Assembly (NCBI GenBank): GCA_021414235.1
Contig: JAIOOV010000004.1
Coordinates: forward strand, 254,456-318,455
Source of the DNA: Candidatus Parcubacteria bacterium
GTDB lineage: Bacteria > Patescibacteriota > Minisyncoccia > Phycocordibacterales > JAKFXT01
Direction of reading: 5' to 3'
DNA length: 64,000 nucleotides
Shown here: positions 18,906 to 27,822 of the stretch, piece after piece
Layout of the letters: every line of letters begins with the position of its first letter
Numbering within the stretch: the stretch's first letter is position 1
Notes under the pieces: generated by a model
Told to the model about the DNA's origin: nothing
Seen by the model: the letters and a program-made list of their open reading frames with translations, nothing else
Databases searched by the model: none
Program-made: the position numbers and the translations under genes

Positions 18906-19769
18906 TCAGACACGATGAATTTTTCCCAGACGTTCTGTGACTAAACCTTTGATCTCCAAGAGGGACAAAAGCATGTTCACTTCCATAGTGGATCGTCCTA
19001 GTTCTTCTGCTAGCACATCGCGGGGCAGTGGCTCGGTCAGAATCTCTAAAACAGCGAGTTCCTCCGGTGCACAGTCGCTCAGCAGCGTCCTTTCAGACAC
19101 CTCCATATCTGCATCTATATGTAATGCCTCCAGTACATCCCGCCCGCTCTCTACCGGAGTAGCGCCGAGCCGGATGAGCATATGCGGGCCTTCTGAAGTT
19201 TTGGAGAAGATGGAGCCAGGGATGGTGAGCACGTCGCGGTTGTAATCCGTGGCGAGACGGGAGGTGATGAGGGTACCGGACCGTTTCTCTGCTTCTACCA
19301 CTAACACTGCATGTGACATGCCCGCCATGATGCGATTCCTTCTCGGGAAGCTCCAGAGCGTTGCGCGGAAGTCGGGTGCGTACTCGGAGAGGAGCGCGCC
19401 GCCACTCTCCAGTATCCGCTTGGCGAGTCCTAGGTGCCGCGCAGGGTAGATCACCTCATCACTGATACCTGAGCCAGGCACGGCAACAGTGAGGAGTCCT
19501 GCGTCGAGTGCAGCTACGTGCGCGATGGAGTCGATGCCGAGTGCAAGGCCTGAGACGATGACTACGGGGTAGCCCGCGAGTTCGCGGATTATCTTCTCAA
19601 CTGCCTCCTTGCCGTAGTCTGTATATTTTCGCGTACCTACGACCGAGAGGAATTTGTATTCCTTCTCGTCGGGGAAGGGGCCGCGCAGATACAGCGTCTT
19701 CGGCGGGTTAGGGATCTCGGAAAGGAGCTGCGGGAACTCGATAGGAACGAGCGTGCGTATGCCCTCCAT
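18906..19769 (-). CDS. dprA: DNA-processing protein DprA (Smf)
   Basis: DprA Rossmann block VVSGLALGIDSIAHVAALDAG...VAVPGSGI. The tool ORF extends to 19871 and abuts the serS ATG; the internal ATG at 19769 (MEGIRTL) is more plausible. Confidence 0.75.
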   Translation of the reverse strand: MEGIRTLVPIEFPQLLSEIPNPPKTLYLRGPFPDEKEYKFLSVVGTRKYTDYGKEAVEKIIRELAGYPVVIVSGLALGIDSIAHVAALDAGLLTVAVPGSGISDEVIYPARHLGLAKRILESGGALLSEYAPDFRATLWSFPRRNRIMAGMSHAVLVVEAEKRSGTLITSRLATDYNRDVLTIPGSIFSKTSEGPHMLIRLGATPVESGRDVLEALHIDADMEVSERTLLSDCAPEELAVLEILTEPLPRDVLAEELGRSTMEVNMLLSLLEIKGLVTERLGKIHRV

Positions 19770-19871
19770 ATATATAGGTATATATGGTAGCACCCACTGG
19801 CTCTCGGCGGATAATCCTTTTTGCCCTTGTGCACGCCTGTCTGCTACACTAGTACCCACCGAGAAACCCAT

Positions 19872-21131
19872 ATGTTAGACATCAAATTCATCCTGGAAAC
19901 TAAAGACCTCATTGCGGATGCTGCCCGCCGCAAGCACCTCGATTTCGATGTGGAAGCCCTCATCGCCGTAGACGACCGTCGCAAGGCAGCCCTCCTCTCC
20001 ATCGAGGCGAAGCGAGCTGAGCAGAATGCGGCGTCCCTTAAGATAAGCACTGCTGCGCCTGAGGAGCGCGCTACGCTCATCGCCGAGATGACTACCCTCA
20101 AGGAGGCGCTCGGCAAAGAAGAGGAGGATCTCAAGGAGATCATGAAGGAATGGCAGGGGCTCATGGTGCGCGTACCGAATATCCCGGATATGTCCGTGCC
20201 GGAAGGGGATAGTGATGCGGACAACCAGGAGGTGAAGGTCTGGGGAGAGAAGCCGCAGTTCTCCTTTGCTCCCAAGAGCCATGTGGAACTCATGGAGAAG
20301 CATAAAATGGTGGATCTTGAGCGCGGCTCCAAGGTGGCGGGCTTCCGCGGTTACTTCCTCACGGGTGCAGGAGCGGAACTCAACTTCGCCCTCTGGAAGT
20401 TCATCATCGATTTCTGGAGCAAGAAGGGCTTCACCTTCATGATCGCGCCGTCTCTCGTTAAGCGTGAGTCCTTCATGGGTACCGGGTATCTCCCGCAGAG
20501 CGAGGAGGATTTGTATAAGACGCAGGACGGGGACTATCTCGCGGGTACCGCGGAGGTGGCCACCATGGGCTACTACATGGACGAAGTGGTGGATAAGGCA
20601 GAACTTCCGACCAAGTTCTTCGCCTTCTCTCCCTGCTTCCGCAGGGAAGCAGGGAGCCACGGCAAGGACACCAAGGGCATCATGCGCGTGCATGAGTTCT
20701 TCAAGTTCGAGCAGGTGGTGCTCTGCGAAGCGTCTCACGAGGAGTCTGTGCGTTGGCACGAAGAGCTCACCAAGAATTCCGAGGACTTCATCCAGGCGCT
20801 TGGTCTCCCGTACCATGTGGTGGTGAACTGTGGAGGAGACCTCGGCCTAGGTCAGGTGAAGAAGTATGACATCGAATGTTGGGTCCCCTCGGAAGGTAAA
20901 TACCGCGAGACGCACTCTTCTTCCTATTTCCATGATTTCCAGACGCGCCGTCTCAATATCCGCTACAAGGATGCAGAAGGTAAGACTCGTTTTCCGCACT
21001 CGCTCAACAACACTGCTGCCGCTACTCCGCGCCTCCTCATCTCTCTCATTGAAAACAATCAGCAGGAAGACGGTTCCATCAAGATACCGGAAGCCCTGCG
21101 CCCTTATTTTGGCCGTGACGTAATCTCCTAG
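19872..21131 (+). CDS. serS: serine--tRNA ligase
   Basis: N-terminal coiled-coil arm, class II aaRS motifs (FRRE, GSALAV-type core); the ATG at 19872 follows an upstream alternative-start extension in the ORF track. Confidence 0.9.
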   Translation: MLDIKFILETKDLIADAARRKHLDFDVEALIAVDDRRKAALLSIEAKRAEQNAASLKISTAAPEERATLIAEMTTLKEALGKEEEDLKEIMKEWQGLMVRVPNIPDMSVPEGDSDADNQEVKVWGEKPQFSFAPKSHVELMEKHKMVDLERGSKVAGFRGYFLTGAGAELNFALWKFIIDFWSKKGFTFMIAPSLVKRESFMGTGYLPQSEEDLYKTQDGDYLAGTAEVATMGYYMDEVVDKAELPTKFFAFSPCFRREAGSHGKDTKGIMRVHEFFKFEQVVLCEASHEESVRWHEELTKNSEDFIQALGLPYHVVVNCGGDLGLGQVKKYDIECWVPSEGKYRETHSSSYFHDFQTRRLNIRYKDAEGKTRFPHSLNNTAAATPRLLISLIENNQQEDGSIKIPEALRPYFGRDVIS

Positions 21132-21135
21132 GGAT

Positions 21136-22035
21136 ATGATTCCTTCCCGGGGCAACGTACAGTCCTCCCGGCTGGCTCAGCGCCGCCGGAAGGTTTTTTT
21201 CGTAAAGATCGGGTTCTTCGGCATCCTTTCACTCTTGGTGCTTCTCGGCGCATTCTTCCTCCTGCGTAATGAACGGATCACCATTGTACGCGCCTATACC
21301 GAAGGTAACTCTGCTATCAGCACCGAGGATCTGCAGAGAGTGGTGCGCGAGAAGATCAGTGGTTCTTATTTCTATCTGATCCCGAAGAGCAACATCCTTT
21401 TCTATCCCCGCGCCGAGGTGGAAGCGGCGATCGCGGCGGCTTTCCCACGGGTTGAGAAAGTAGAGGTAGGGAAGCGCGATCTCACCGCGATCACTGTTTC
21501 CGTCGCAGAGAAGCGTCCATACGCACTCTGGTGCGGAGAAGCCTACTCCTCGGCGGATGGCGGCCGCTGCTTCTTCCTCGACAAGAACGGCCAGGTATTC
21601 GCCAAGGCGCCGGATTTCTCCGGTGTCGTATTCATGCGCTACTACGGCGGCGGCCTTGGTGGAGATCCGGTAGGGAAGGGAGTGCTGCCCACGGAGGAGT
21701 TCAAGACGTTTCAATTCTTCTTAGAGACCTTGAAGAGGGAGGGCTTCGCGGTATCTTCCGTAGCGTTCCTCGGGGGCGGAGTCACCGAGGGGTATTTTGA
21801 TAATGGAGGGAAGATACTGTTCAACCGCTCGCAGGATCTGGCGCAGGTGATACAGAACCTCAAGCTCCTCATTGAGAGCAGTAATTTCGCAGGTAAGGAC
21901 TCCTCGGGCAAGTTCCTGGTGGACTATATAGATCTCCAATCCCCCAACAAGATTTTTTATAAGCCGAGGAGCAAAGCGAAGCCGGTAGTGACTACTACGA
22001 CTTCGACGAGTACGGCGACGACGACGCGTCAGTAA
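21136..22035 (+). CDS. FtsQ/DivIB-like cell-division protein (TM anchor plus POTRA-like domain)
   Basis: Single N-terminal TM helix, POTRA-like ITIVRAYTEGNSAIS region, Thr-rich C-terminal tail. Confidence 0.5.
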   Translation: MIPSRGNVQSSRLAQRRRKVFFVKIGFFGILSLLVLLGAFFLLRNERITIVRAYTEGNSAISTEDLQRVVREKISGSYFYLIPKSNILFYPRAEVEAAIAAAFPRVEKVEVGKRDLTAITVSVAEKRPYALWCGEAYSSADGGRCFFLDKNGQVFAKAPDFSGVVFMRYYGGGLGGDPVGKGVLPTEEFKTFQFFLETLKREGFAVSSVAFLGGGVTEGYFDNGGKILFNRSQDLAQVIQNLKLLIESSNFAGKDSSGKFLVDYIDLQSPNKIFYKPRSKAKPVVTTTTSTSTATTTRQ

Positions 22036-22067
22036 AAAAAAAGAATGGCGGACCTTGCGGGTCCGCC
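22036..22067 (-). terminator. intrinsic terminator (mainly for the minus-strand small gene; hairpin shared with the ftsQ-like 3' end)
   Basis: AAAAAAAAAGAAT GGCGGACC-ttgcg-GGTCCGCC. Confidence 0.6.
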
Positions 22068-22081
22068 GAGTGCCGGGGGGC

Positions 22082-22327
22082 TTATTTCTTCTTGTGGGTG
22101 GACGCTTCTTCGCTGAGGGATTGAACGATGAGTTTCAGCCGTTCGCGGAAGCTCATCTTCGTGCGGTTTCGCCATCGCTTCATGGCCCGCTGCAAAGGAT
22201 CCTTGATCCAGTAGTCCCAGATTGGGACGATCGGACCAGCATCCATATTCGCAAGGTCCCGAGCGATGTGGCGCCTGCGAGGACTCTCCTCTGTTTTAAG
22301 GAGAATTTGTCCGAATGCCTTCATCAT
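22082..22327 (-). CDS. hypothetical small basic protein (81 aa)
   Basis: ORF between two convergent/divergent genes with its own terminator. Confidence 0.35.
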   Translation of the reverse strand: MMKAFGQILLKTEESPRRRHIARDLANMDAGPIVPIWDYWIKDPLQRAMKRWRNRTKMSFRERLKLIVQSLSEEASTHKKK

Positions 22328-22378
22328 GAGGCACCTCCCTTTCTGGACGGATTATGGCATACGTGTTTTAACTAGCAA

Positions 22379-23326
22379 ATGTCTTTCTGGCGACAACTTA
22401 AGAAGCCCGTCATGGTGCTCGCGCCTATGGCTGATGTCACGGATACGGCCTTTCGCCGTATCATCGCCAAGTACGGCAAGCCCGACGTCACCTGGACGGA
22501 GTTCGTCTCTGCGGATGGGCTCTGTTCGCCTGGCCGCGAGATCCTTTTGCATGATCTGAAATATACGGAAGCTGAGCGTCCTATTGTCGCTCAGCTCTTC
22601 ACCTCGCATCCCGAGAAGATGGAACAGGCTGCGGCCCTCGCGGAGAAGCTTGGCTTTGATGGTATCGATATCAACATGGGCTGTCCGGATAGGAGTATAG
22701 AGAAGCAGGGTGCAGGTGCGGCCATGATCAAGAATCCTGCCCAGGCCAAGGAAGTCATTCGCGCAGCTAAGCGCGGCACGAAACTGCCCATCTCTGTGAA
22801 GACCCGCGTCGGCTACAACAAGGTAGAGCTCGAAGAGTGGCTGCCCGCGCTTCTTGAAGAGGATATCGCCGTGCTCACGGTACACGCGCGTACTAGGAAG
22901 GAGATGTCGGCGGTGCCTGCTCGTTGGGAGCATGTGAAGCGAGCGGTAGAGATCAGGGATGCGATGGGCAAGGAGACCCTTATATTCGGTAACGGAGACG
23001 TTACTGATCTTGCTGATGCCAGGAAGAAGATATCGGAGACGGGGGCGGATGGAGTAATGCTCGGTCGTGCCATCTTCGGCAATCCGTGGCTCTTCGCTGA
23101 GAAGATCCCTTCGCTCGAAGAGAAGCTGCGGGTGATGGTGGAGCACACCAAGGCCTTTGAAGATCTGCTCGGGGGAGTGAAGAGCTTTTCCATAATGAAG
23201 AAGCACTACAAGGCGTATGTGAACGGCTTCGACGGGGCCAAGGAGCTGCGGGTGGAGCTTATGGAAGCCAAGGACGCGGCGGAGGTGGCGGCGATCACGG
23301 AGAGGTTCTTGAAGAGCGACGCTTGA
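22379..23326 (+). CDS. tRNA-dihydrouridine synthase
   Basis: Dus TIM-barrel motifs LAPMADVTD, GIDINMGCP, catalytic Cys region; 315 aa. Confidence 0.85.
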   Translation: MSFWRQLKKPVMVLAPMADVTDTAFRRIIAKYGKPDVTWTEFVSADGLCSPGREILLHDLKYTEAERPIVAQLFTSHPEKMEQAAALAEKLGFDGIDINMGCPDRSIEKQGAGAAMIKNPAQAKEVIRAAKRGTKLPISVKTRVGYNKVELEEWLPALLEEDIAVLTVHARTRKEMSAVPARWEHVKRAVEIRDAMGKETLIFGNGDVTDLADARKKISETGADGVMLGRAIFGNPWLFAEKIPSLEEKLRVMVEHTKAFEDLLGGVKSFSIMKKHYKAYVNGFDGAKELRVELMEAKDAAEVAAITERFLKSDA

Positions 23327-23384
23327 TTGCCTCCGCTCGGCGGGTGTGGTTAACTTTTCCCGAACTGAACATTGGGAGGCGTAG

Positions 23385-24044
23385 ATGGATGACGGTTCAT
23401 GCGTAGGCCTGTCGGGCGCCGATAAGGCGGCGGTCTTCAAAGCCATGTTCGATGCGGAGGGGTGCATCAGTTTTCCTGCTGAACCCCTGGTCCTCAGTTC
23501 AGGGATCCTCTCTCCGGTCTTCTTCGATATGCAGCGGCTTCCGAGCGTGGCTGCCTGGCGGGGGATCATCGCTCTCTTCGGCCGGGTCATCGATCCCAGC
23601 ATACGCAGGATCGCTGGCGTGTATTCCGGCGGGGTCTTCCATGCCCCGACCATCGGCTACACCCTCGGCAAGGAGCATATCTGCGTGCGTCCCGCGCATG
23701 ACGAGTCGGGGAAGGGGCGTCCTCATGTCTTGTACTCTGGCAACCTCAGCGGTTCCAGCATCATCCTCGTCGAGGACGCGGTGACGACGGCAGGAAGCCT
23801 GACCAGGGCAGCTACCCACTTGCGCAGCCCCGATGTCGGCGCGGTGGTCAAGGAGGCCGTCTCTATCCTGAGCTATGACTTTGCCGAGACGAGGGAGAAC
23901 CTGGTGAAAGCTGGGATCGTCCTGTACTCCCTCGTCACTCTGGCCGAACTCATCAGCGAGATGCTTCGGAGGGAGTTCATCCCCGAGAAGAAGGCGGCAC
24001 TCGTCCGGGAGTGGCACAAGGATCCCCGGGCTTTCCGCTTCTGA
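23385..24044 (+). CDS. phosphoribosyltransferase, orotate PRTase (PyrE)-like
   Basis: PRPP-binding motif IILVEDAVTTAGS; 219 aa. Confidence 0.55.
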   Translation: MDDGSCVGLSGADKAAVFKAMFDAEGCISFPAEPLVLSSGILSPVFFDMQRLPSVAAWRGIIALFGRVIDPSIRRIAGVYSGGVFHAPTIGYTLGKEHICVRPAHDESGKGRPHVLYSGNLSGSSIILVEDAVTTAGSLTRAATHLRSPDVGAVVKEAVSILSYDFAETRENLVKAGIVLYSLVTLAELISEMLRREFIPEKKAALVREWHKDPRAFRF

Positions 24045-24057
24045 CCCCCTATTTCTG

Positions 24058-24094
24058 GCCCAGCCGCTTCGCGCGGCTGGGCCCTTCTTTTTTG
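24058..24094 (+). terminator. intrinsic terminator between the PRTase and dnaX
   Basis: GGCC(C)AGCCGC-ttcgc-GCGGCTGGGCC followed by CTTCTTTTTTGG. Confidence 0.7.
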
Positions 24095-24107
24095 GTATAC
24101 TCTCTCC

Positions 24108-25151
24108 ATGTCCGACGAAGTCCTCTATCGCAAATACCGCCCCAAGGACTTCTCCGAAGTCCGCGGTCAGGATCATGTAGTGAAGCCGCTCCAAGCTGCC
24201 TCCGAGAACAATAAGGTAGCCCATGCCTATCTCTTCTCCGGCTCCCGCGGCACGGGTAAGACCAGCATCGCTCGTATATTTGCCCGCTCTCTCGGGGTTT
24301 CCCCTGAGGATTTCTATGAAATAGACGGTGCGTCGAACCGCGGTATCGATGAAGTGCGCGAGCTCCGCGAGGCCGTGCACACGCTGCCGTTCCGCTCTCC
24401 CTACAAGGTGTACCTCATCGACGAGGCGCACATGCTCACGCCGCAGGCCTGGAATGCGCTCCTTAAGACCCTGGAAGAACCGCCTGCGCATGTGATCTTC
24501 ATGTTCGCCACCACCGAGCTCGACAAGGTGCTAGAGACAGTCATCTCCCGTTGTCAGGTATTTACGCTGAAGAAGCCGCCCCTCTCTGTGCTCAAGGATA
24601 CGGTGCTTCATGTAGCCAAGGCGGAAGGCTTTACGCTCGAAGCTGCTTCTGCGGAACTGGTGGCGCTCATGGGTGATGGTTCTTTCCGCGATACGCTCGG
24701 GATATTGCAGAAGGTGATCGGGGCTTCGGGGGACAAGAGGATAAGCAAGGAGGAGGTGGAGATGGTTACAGGTGCTCCGCGTGGGAGCCTCTTAAACGAT
24801 GTGCTTCTTGGTATCGAGGAGGCGGATCTCGGCCGTGCGCTTGGAGCTATCCGTACTGCCGCGAGCCAGAACATTGATTTCTCCGTATTTACGAGGCTTC
24901 TCTTGGAGCGTATGCGTGCGCTCCTCTTCCTCCGCTTCGTGAAGTCTTCTGAAGAAGAGTTGCGCCAGACCTTCGGGGAAGAGGATTTTAAGGTGCTCTC
25001 GGAGCTAGCAGGGAAGAAGGGTTCTCGTATTACTTCGGCGACACTCTCTGAGTTCCTCTCCGCGAGTGCTCAAGTGGGCTATGTGGCCGTGCCTGAGCTA
25101 CCCTTACAGCTCGCGCTGATGAGGGTCATAGGGGAGGGGAAACAGGCGTAA
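24108..25151 (+). CDS. dnaX: DNA polymerase III subunit gamma/tau, short form
   Basis: YRPKDFSEVRGQDHVV, Walker A SGSRGTGKTS, DEAH box LIDEAHML; 347 aa. Confidence 0.8.
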   Translation: MSDEVLYRKYRPKDFSEVRGQDHVVKPLQAASENNKVAHAYLFSGSRGTGKTSIARIFARSLGVSPEDFYEIDGASNRGIDEVRELREAVHTLPFRSPYKVYLIDEAHMLTPQAWNALLKTLEEPPAHVIFMFATTELDKVLETVISRCQVFTLKKPPLSVLKDTVLHVAKAEGFTLEAASAELVALMGDGSFRDTLGILQKVIGASGDKRISKEEVEMVTGAPRGSLLNDVLLGIEEADLGRALGAIRTAASQNIDFSVFTRLLLERMRALLFLRFVKSSEEELRQTFGEEDFKVLSELAGKKGSRITSATLSEFLSASAQVGYVAVPELPLQLALMRVIGEGKQA

Positions 25152-25181
25152 GCCTGTGCTAGGCTAGCAGAGTCAGGATAT

Positions 25182-25252
25182 TGGGGGATCGTCTAACGGC
25201 AGGACCGTGGCCTTTGAAGCCATGAATTTTGGTTCGAATCCAAATCCCCCAG
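25182..25252 (+). tRNA. tRNA-Gln (anticodon UUG)
   Basis: TGGGGGA...anticodon loop CTTTGAA...T-arm TTTGGTTCGAATCCAAA TCCCCCA G; resembles E. coli tRNA-Gln ends (UGGGG...CCCCAG). Confidence 0.75.
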
Positions 25253-25418
25253 CAAAGTTGAGATAGGTTCGGAGTCGTTTCTCAAATATTGATCCTTCGG
25301 TAAGGGTTGTATTTTGTATGGATAACCCGGTATGGATTTCGTATCTCAGATGCTACTGTTTATTCAGGCTCATCGAGCCGGAAGTCTAGTCATTCAAACT
25401 GATTACGGAGGTTTCGTC

Positions 25419-25826
25419 ATGAAGAGACTCGGCATTCTCATGCTCCTCGTGGGCGTGATGTTCCTTTCGAGCGTTGGCGTCGCCAGCGCAACGAGCCACG
25501 GCGGCGCTCCTGCGAGCATGAGCCTCGTGGCGATGCTGATGTTCGAGATCGAACACTTCATCATCCACATGGGGCTGACCATGCAGGCGCTCCTGCTGTG
25601 CATCCTCTCGCCGTCATATGGCTGGACGATGCTCGGCGACCAGACGCTCTGCGCGTCCGTCACGCCGCTCGTCGGCCTGCTGTTCGGCTCGGCCGCGGGC
25701 GCTCTCGCGACCTTCGTGCTCACGATCGTCGCTGCTGCGCTGCTTTTCGTCTGGCTCGTGGAGAAGGCGTGGTTCGCCCTTCTGCGCGTGTCATCCAGGC
25801 AGCGGATCATTTCGACCGCCGCCTGA
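25419..25826 (+). CDS. small secreted/membrane protein, His/Met-rich after the signal peptide
   Basis: GGAGG SD 8 nt upstream of the ATG; signal-peptide-like N-terminus MKRLGILMLLVGVMFLSSVGVASA; two further hydrophobic segments. Confidence 0.5.
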   Translation: MKRLGILMLLVGVMFLSSVGVASATSHGGAPASMSLVAMLMFEIEHFIIHMGLTMQALLLCILSPSYGWTMLGDQTLCASVTPLVGLLFGSAAGALATFVLTIVAAALLFVWLVEKAWFALLRVSSRQRIISTAA

Positions 25827-25895
25827 GCATCTGTGGCGGCGTCGGTATGGAGGCCGGGATTCGTCCCGGCCTCTTTCCTTTTGTATACTTCGTGC

Positions 25896-26753
25896 ATGTC
25901 GATCGACAGTCTCTTTAAAGGCAAACTCGATCTTACGGGGTGGGAGCGTTACCGCGTCACTGAAGATTTTTCGTACGAAGGGGTTCCTATTCCTGGACTC
26001 CGTCAGGAAGCCTACCAGCGCCTGATTGACGGCGTGCTAGTGTCGATCGGTGTTTTCCATTACCGCGGCGTCCCTGCGTATATCGCATGGGGAGAGAAGG
26101 CCGCCTATCACTGCGGTTTCCACGCGCCTCTCTCGCCGGAGGCGATCGTGTTCGATACGCGCATCAGCTGCCCCGAAGTGAAGCCGATGAAGGATTTCCA
26201 GGGTCAGGTGACGGGGTTTGTACTCGATGGAAAAGAGACGTTTGGAAGCGGGTCGCTCGTTCCAGAGATCGTGAGTATGAAGGATATAAAGAGATTCCTT
26301 CCTCTTGTTCTCGCGCTCGCCCTTGTCACCGGATGGGCGACGGTCAGGAACTTCCCGCTCGGCGATTCCCATGCGTGGCACGGATGGATGATCGACTTTA
26401 TGGCGGGCTTCTTCCTCCTGTTCGGCGGGTTGAAGGTCGCGGATATCCGCGGCTTCGCCAGGGCGTACGGTAAGTACGATCTTATCGCCATGCGGTTCCC
26501 CGCATGGGGTTACCTCTATGCGCTGCTCGAGGTGGGGCTCGGGGTGCTTTACCTCACCAGGTCTTTCCTGGTCGCTGCGAACGTGGGGACCATCTTCCTT
26601 CTTGGTATCGCTTCTATCGGGGTGTATCGGAAATTACGTAAAAAGGACGATACGGCGTGCGCGTGCCTCGGCGCTTTCTTCTCTGTCCCTATTACCTGGC
26701 TCACTCTCGCTGAGAATATCCTGATGATCGGGATGGCGGTCGCGATGCTCTAG
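25896..26753 (+). CDS. two-domain membrane protein: N-terminal soluble domain plus C-terminal MauE/DoxX-like 4-TM domain with a CxC motif
   Basis: TATACT 6 nt upstream of the ATG; C-terminal TM domain with a conserved ACACLG Cys pair typical of MauE-like thiol-redox membrane proteins. Confidence 0.55.
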   Translation: MSIDSLFKGKLDLTGWERYRVTEDFSYEGVPIPGLRQEAYQRLIDGVLVSIGVFHYRGVPAYIAWGEKAAYHCGFHAPLSPEAIVFDTRISCPEVKPMKDFQGQVTGFVLDGKETFGSGSLVPEIVSMKDIKRFLPLVLALALVTGWATVRNFPLGDSHAWHGWMIDFMAGFFLLFGGLKVADIRGFARAYGKYDLIAMRFPAWGYLYALLEVGLGVLYLTRSFLVAANVGTIFLLGIASIGVYRKLRKKDDTACACLGAFFSVPITWLTLAENILMIGMAVAML

Positions 26754-26834
26754 CGTCCATGACTCCCTCCGAGCCAGAGGAGCCTCATTGAATTAACCAC
26801 AGGGGCATATCGATGCAGGCGGTATACTTGTTGT

Positions 26835-27302
26835 ATGAATAAAAAAGACTGGCTCGCGCTTGCGGGATTCGTGGCCCTCGCGCAGGGTGCGGGCATCCTC
26901 GGATCACTATTCACTGCGCCCTCAATCGGCACATGGTACGCCACTCTCGTGCGTCCGGAGCTCTCTCCACCCAACTGGGTATTCGCCCCGGTGTGGACGA
27001 CGCTCTTCCTCCTCATGGGTATCGCCGCGTTCCTGGTGTGGCGGCAGGGAAGGAAGGGGAGAGTGGCGCTCGGCATCTTCCTCCTCCAGCTCGTGCTCAA
27101 TACGCTCTGGTCCATACTCTTCTTCGGTCTACAGAGCCCGGGTGCTGCTCTCGTCGATATCGTCTTCCTCTGGTTGGCTATAGTGGCGACGATCATCGCT
27201 TTTGCGCGGGTCTCCACTCCTGCCGCCTGGCTCCTTGCACCCTACATCGCCTGGGTCTCCTTCGCTGCCTACCTCAACTACGCGATCTGGACGCTGAATT
27301 AG
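26835..27302 (+). CDS. tspO: TspO/MBR family tryptophan-rich sensory protein
   Basis: WYATLVRPELSPPNWVFAPVWTTLFLLMG and five TM helices; 155 aa. Confidence 0.85.
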   Translation: MNKKDWLALAGFVALAQGAGILGSLFTAPSIGTWYATLVRPELSPPNWVFAPVWTTLFLLMGIAAFLVWRQGRKGRVALGIFLLQLVLNTLWSILFFGLQSPGAALVDIVFLWLAIVATIIAFARVSTPAAWLLAPYIAWVSFAAYLNYAIWTLN

Positions 27303-27348
27303 ACTCTGGGCGTTCCTGCGGGGTTCCTCCTTGCGCTATACTACCGGC

Positions 27349-27819
27349 ATGAATACATCATCGCTTCTCGCTACGCTCCGTATCGCGATAGGGTGCTTCT
27401 TTTTCTATGCCGGTATCGTAAAAGTGATGAATCCCGCCTGGTCTGCCGCGGGGTTCTTGAATAACGCGAAGACATTTCCGGAATTCTATGCCTGGTTTGC
27501 ACAGCCCGGCATCCTCCCGTGGACGAACCTGCTGAACGAATGGAGTCTGACCCTGGTCGGGGTAGCGCTCATCCTTGGCATCGGCGTCCGCTTGGCCTCC
27601 TTCGGCGGCATCCTCCTTATGGCTCTCTACTACTTCCCGTCGCTCTCATTCCCGTACGCAGGGGATCACGCCTACATCGTAGACGAGCACGTCATCTATG
27701 CTCTGCTTCTCGCATATCTCGCGGCAATGAAGGCTGGACGAGTATGGGGACTCGAACGCTGGTGCGCGAACCTGTCGCTGTGCACCCGTTTCCCGAAACT
27801 GCGCGCATTGCTCGGATAA
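27349..27819 (+). CDS. DoxX-family membrane protein
   Basis: DoxX-like TM helices (FFYAGIVKV...); start chosen at the ATG preceded by TATACT-N6. Confidence 0.65.
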   Translation: MNTSSLLATLRIAIGCFFFYAGIVKVMNPAWSAAGFLNNAKTFPEFYAWFAQPGILPWTNLLNEWSLTLVGVALILGIGVRLASFGGILLMALYYFPSLSFPYAGDHAYIVDEHVIYALLLAYLAAMKAGRVWGLERWCANLSLCTRFPKLRALLG

Positions 27820-27822
27820 TTT

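Noticed and set aside
23499-24491. 330-aa minus-strand ORF spanning the PRTase/dnaX junction
   Set aside because: It is antisense to two well-supported genes and crosses an intergenic terminator; a high-GC artifact
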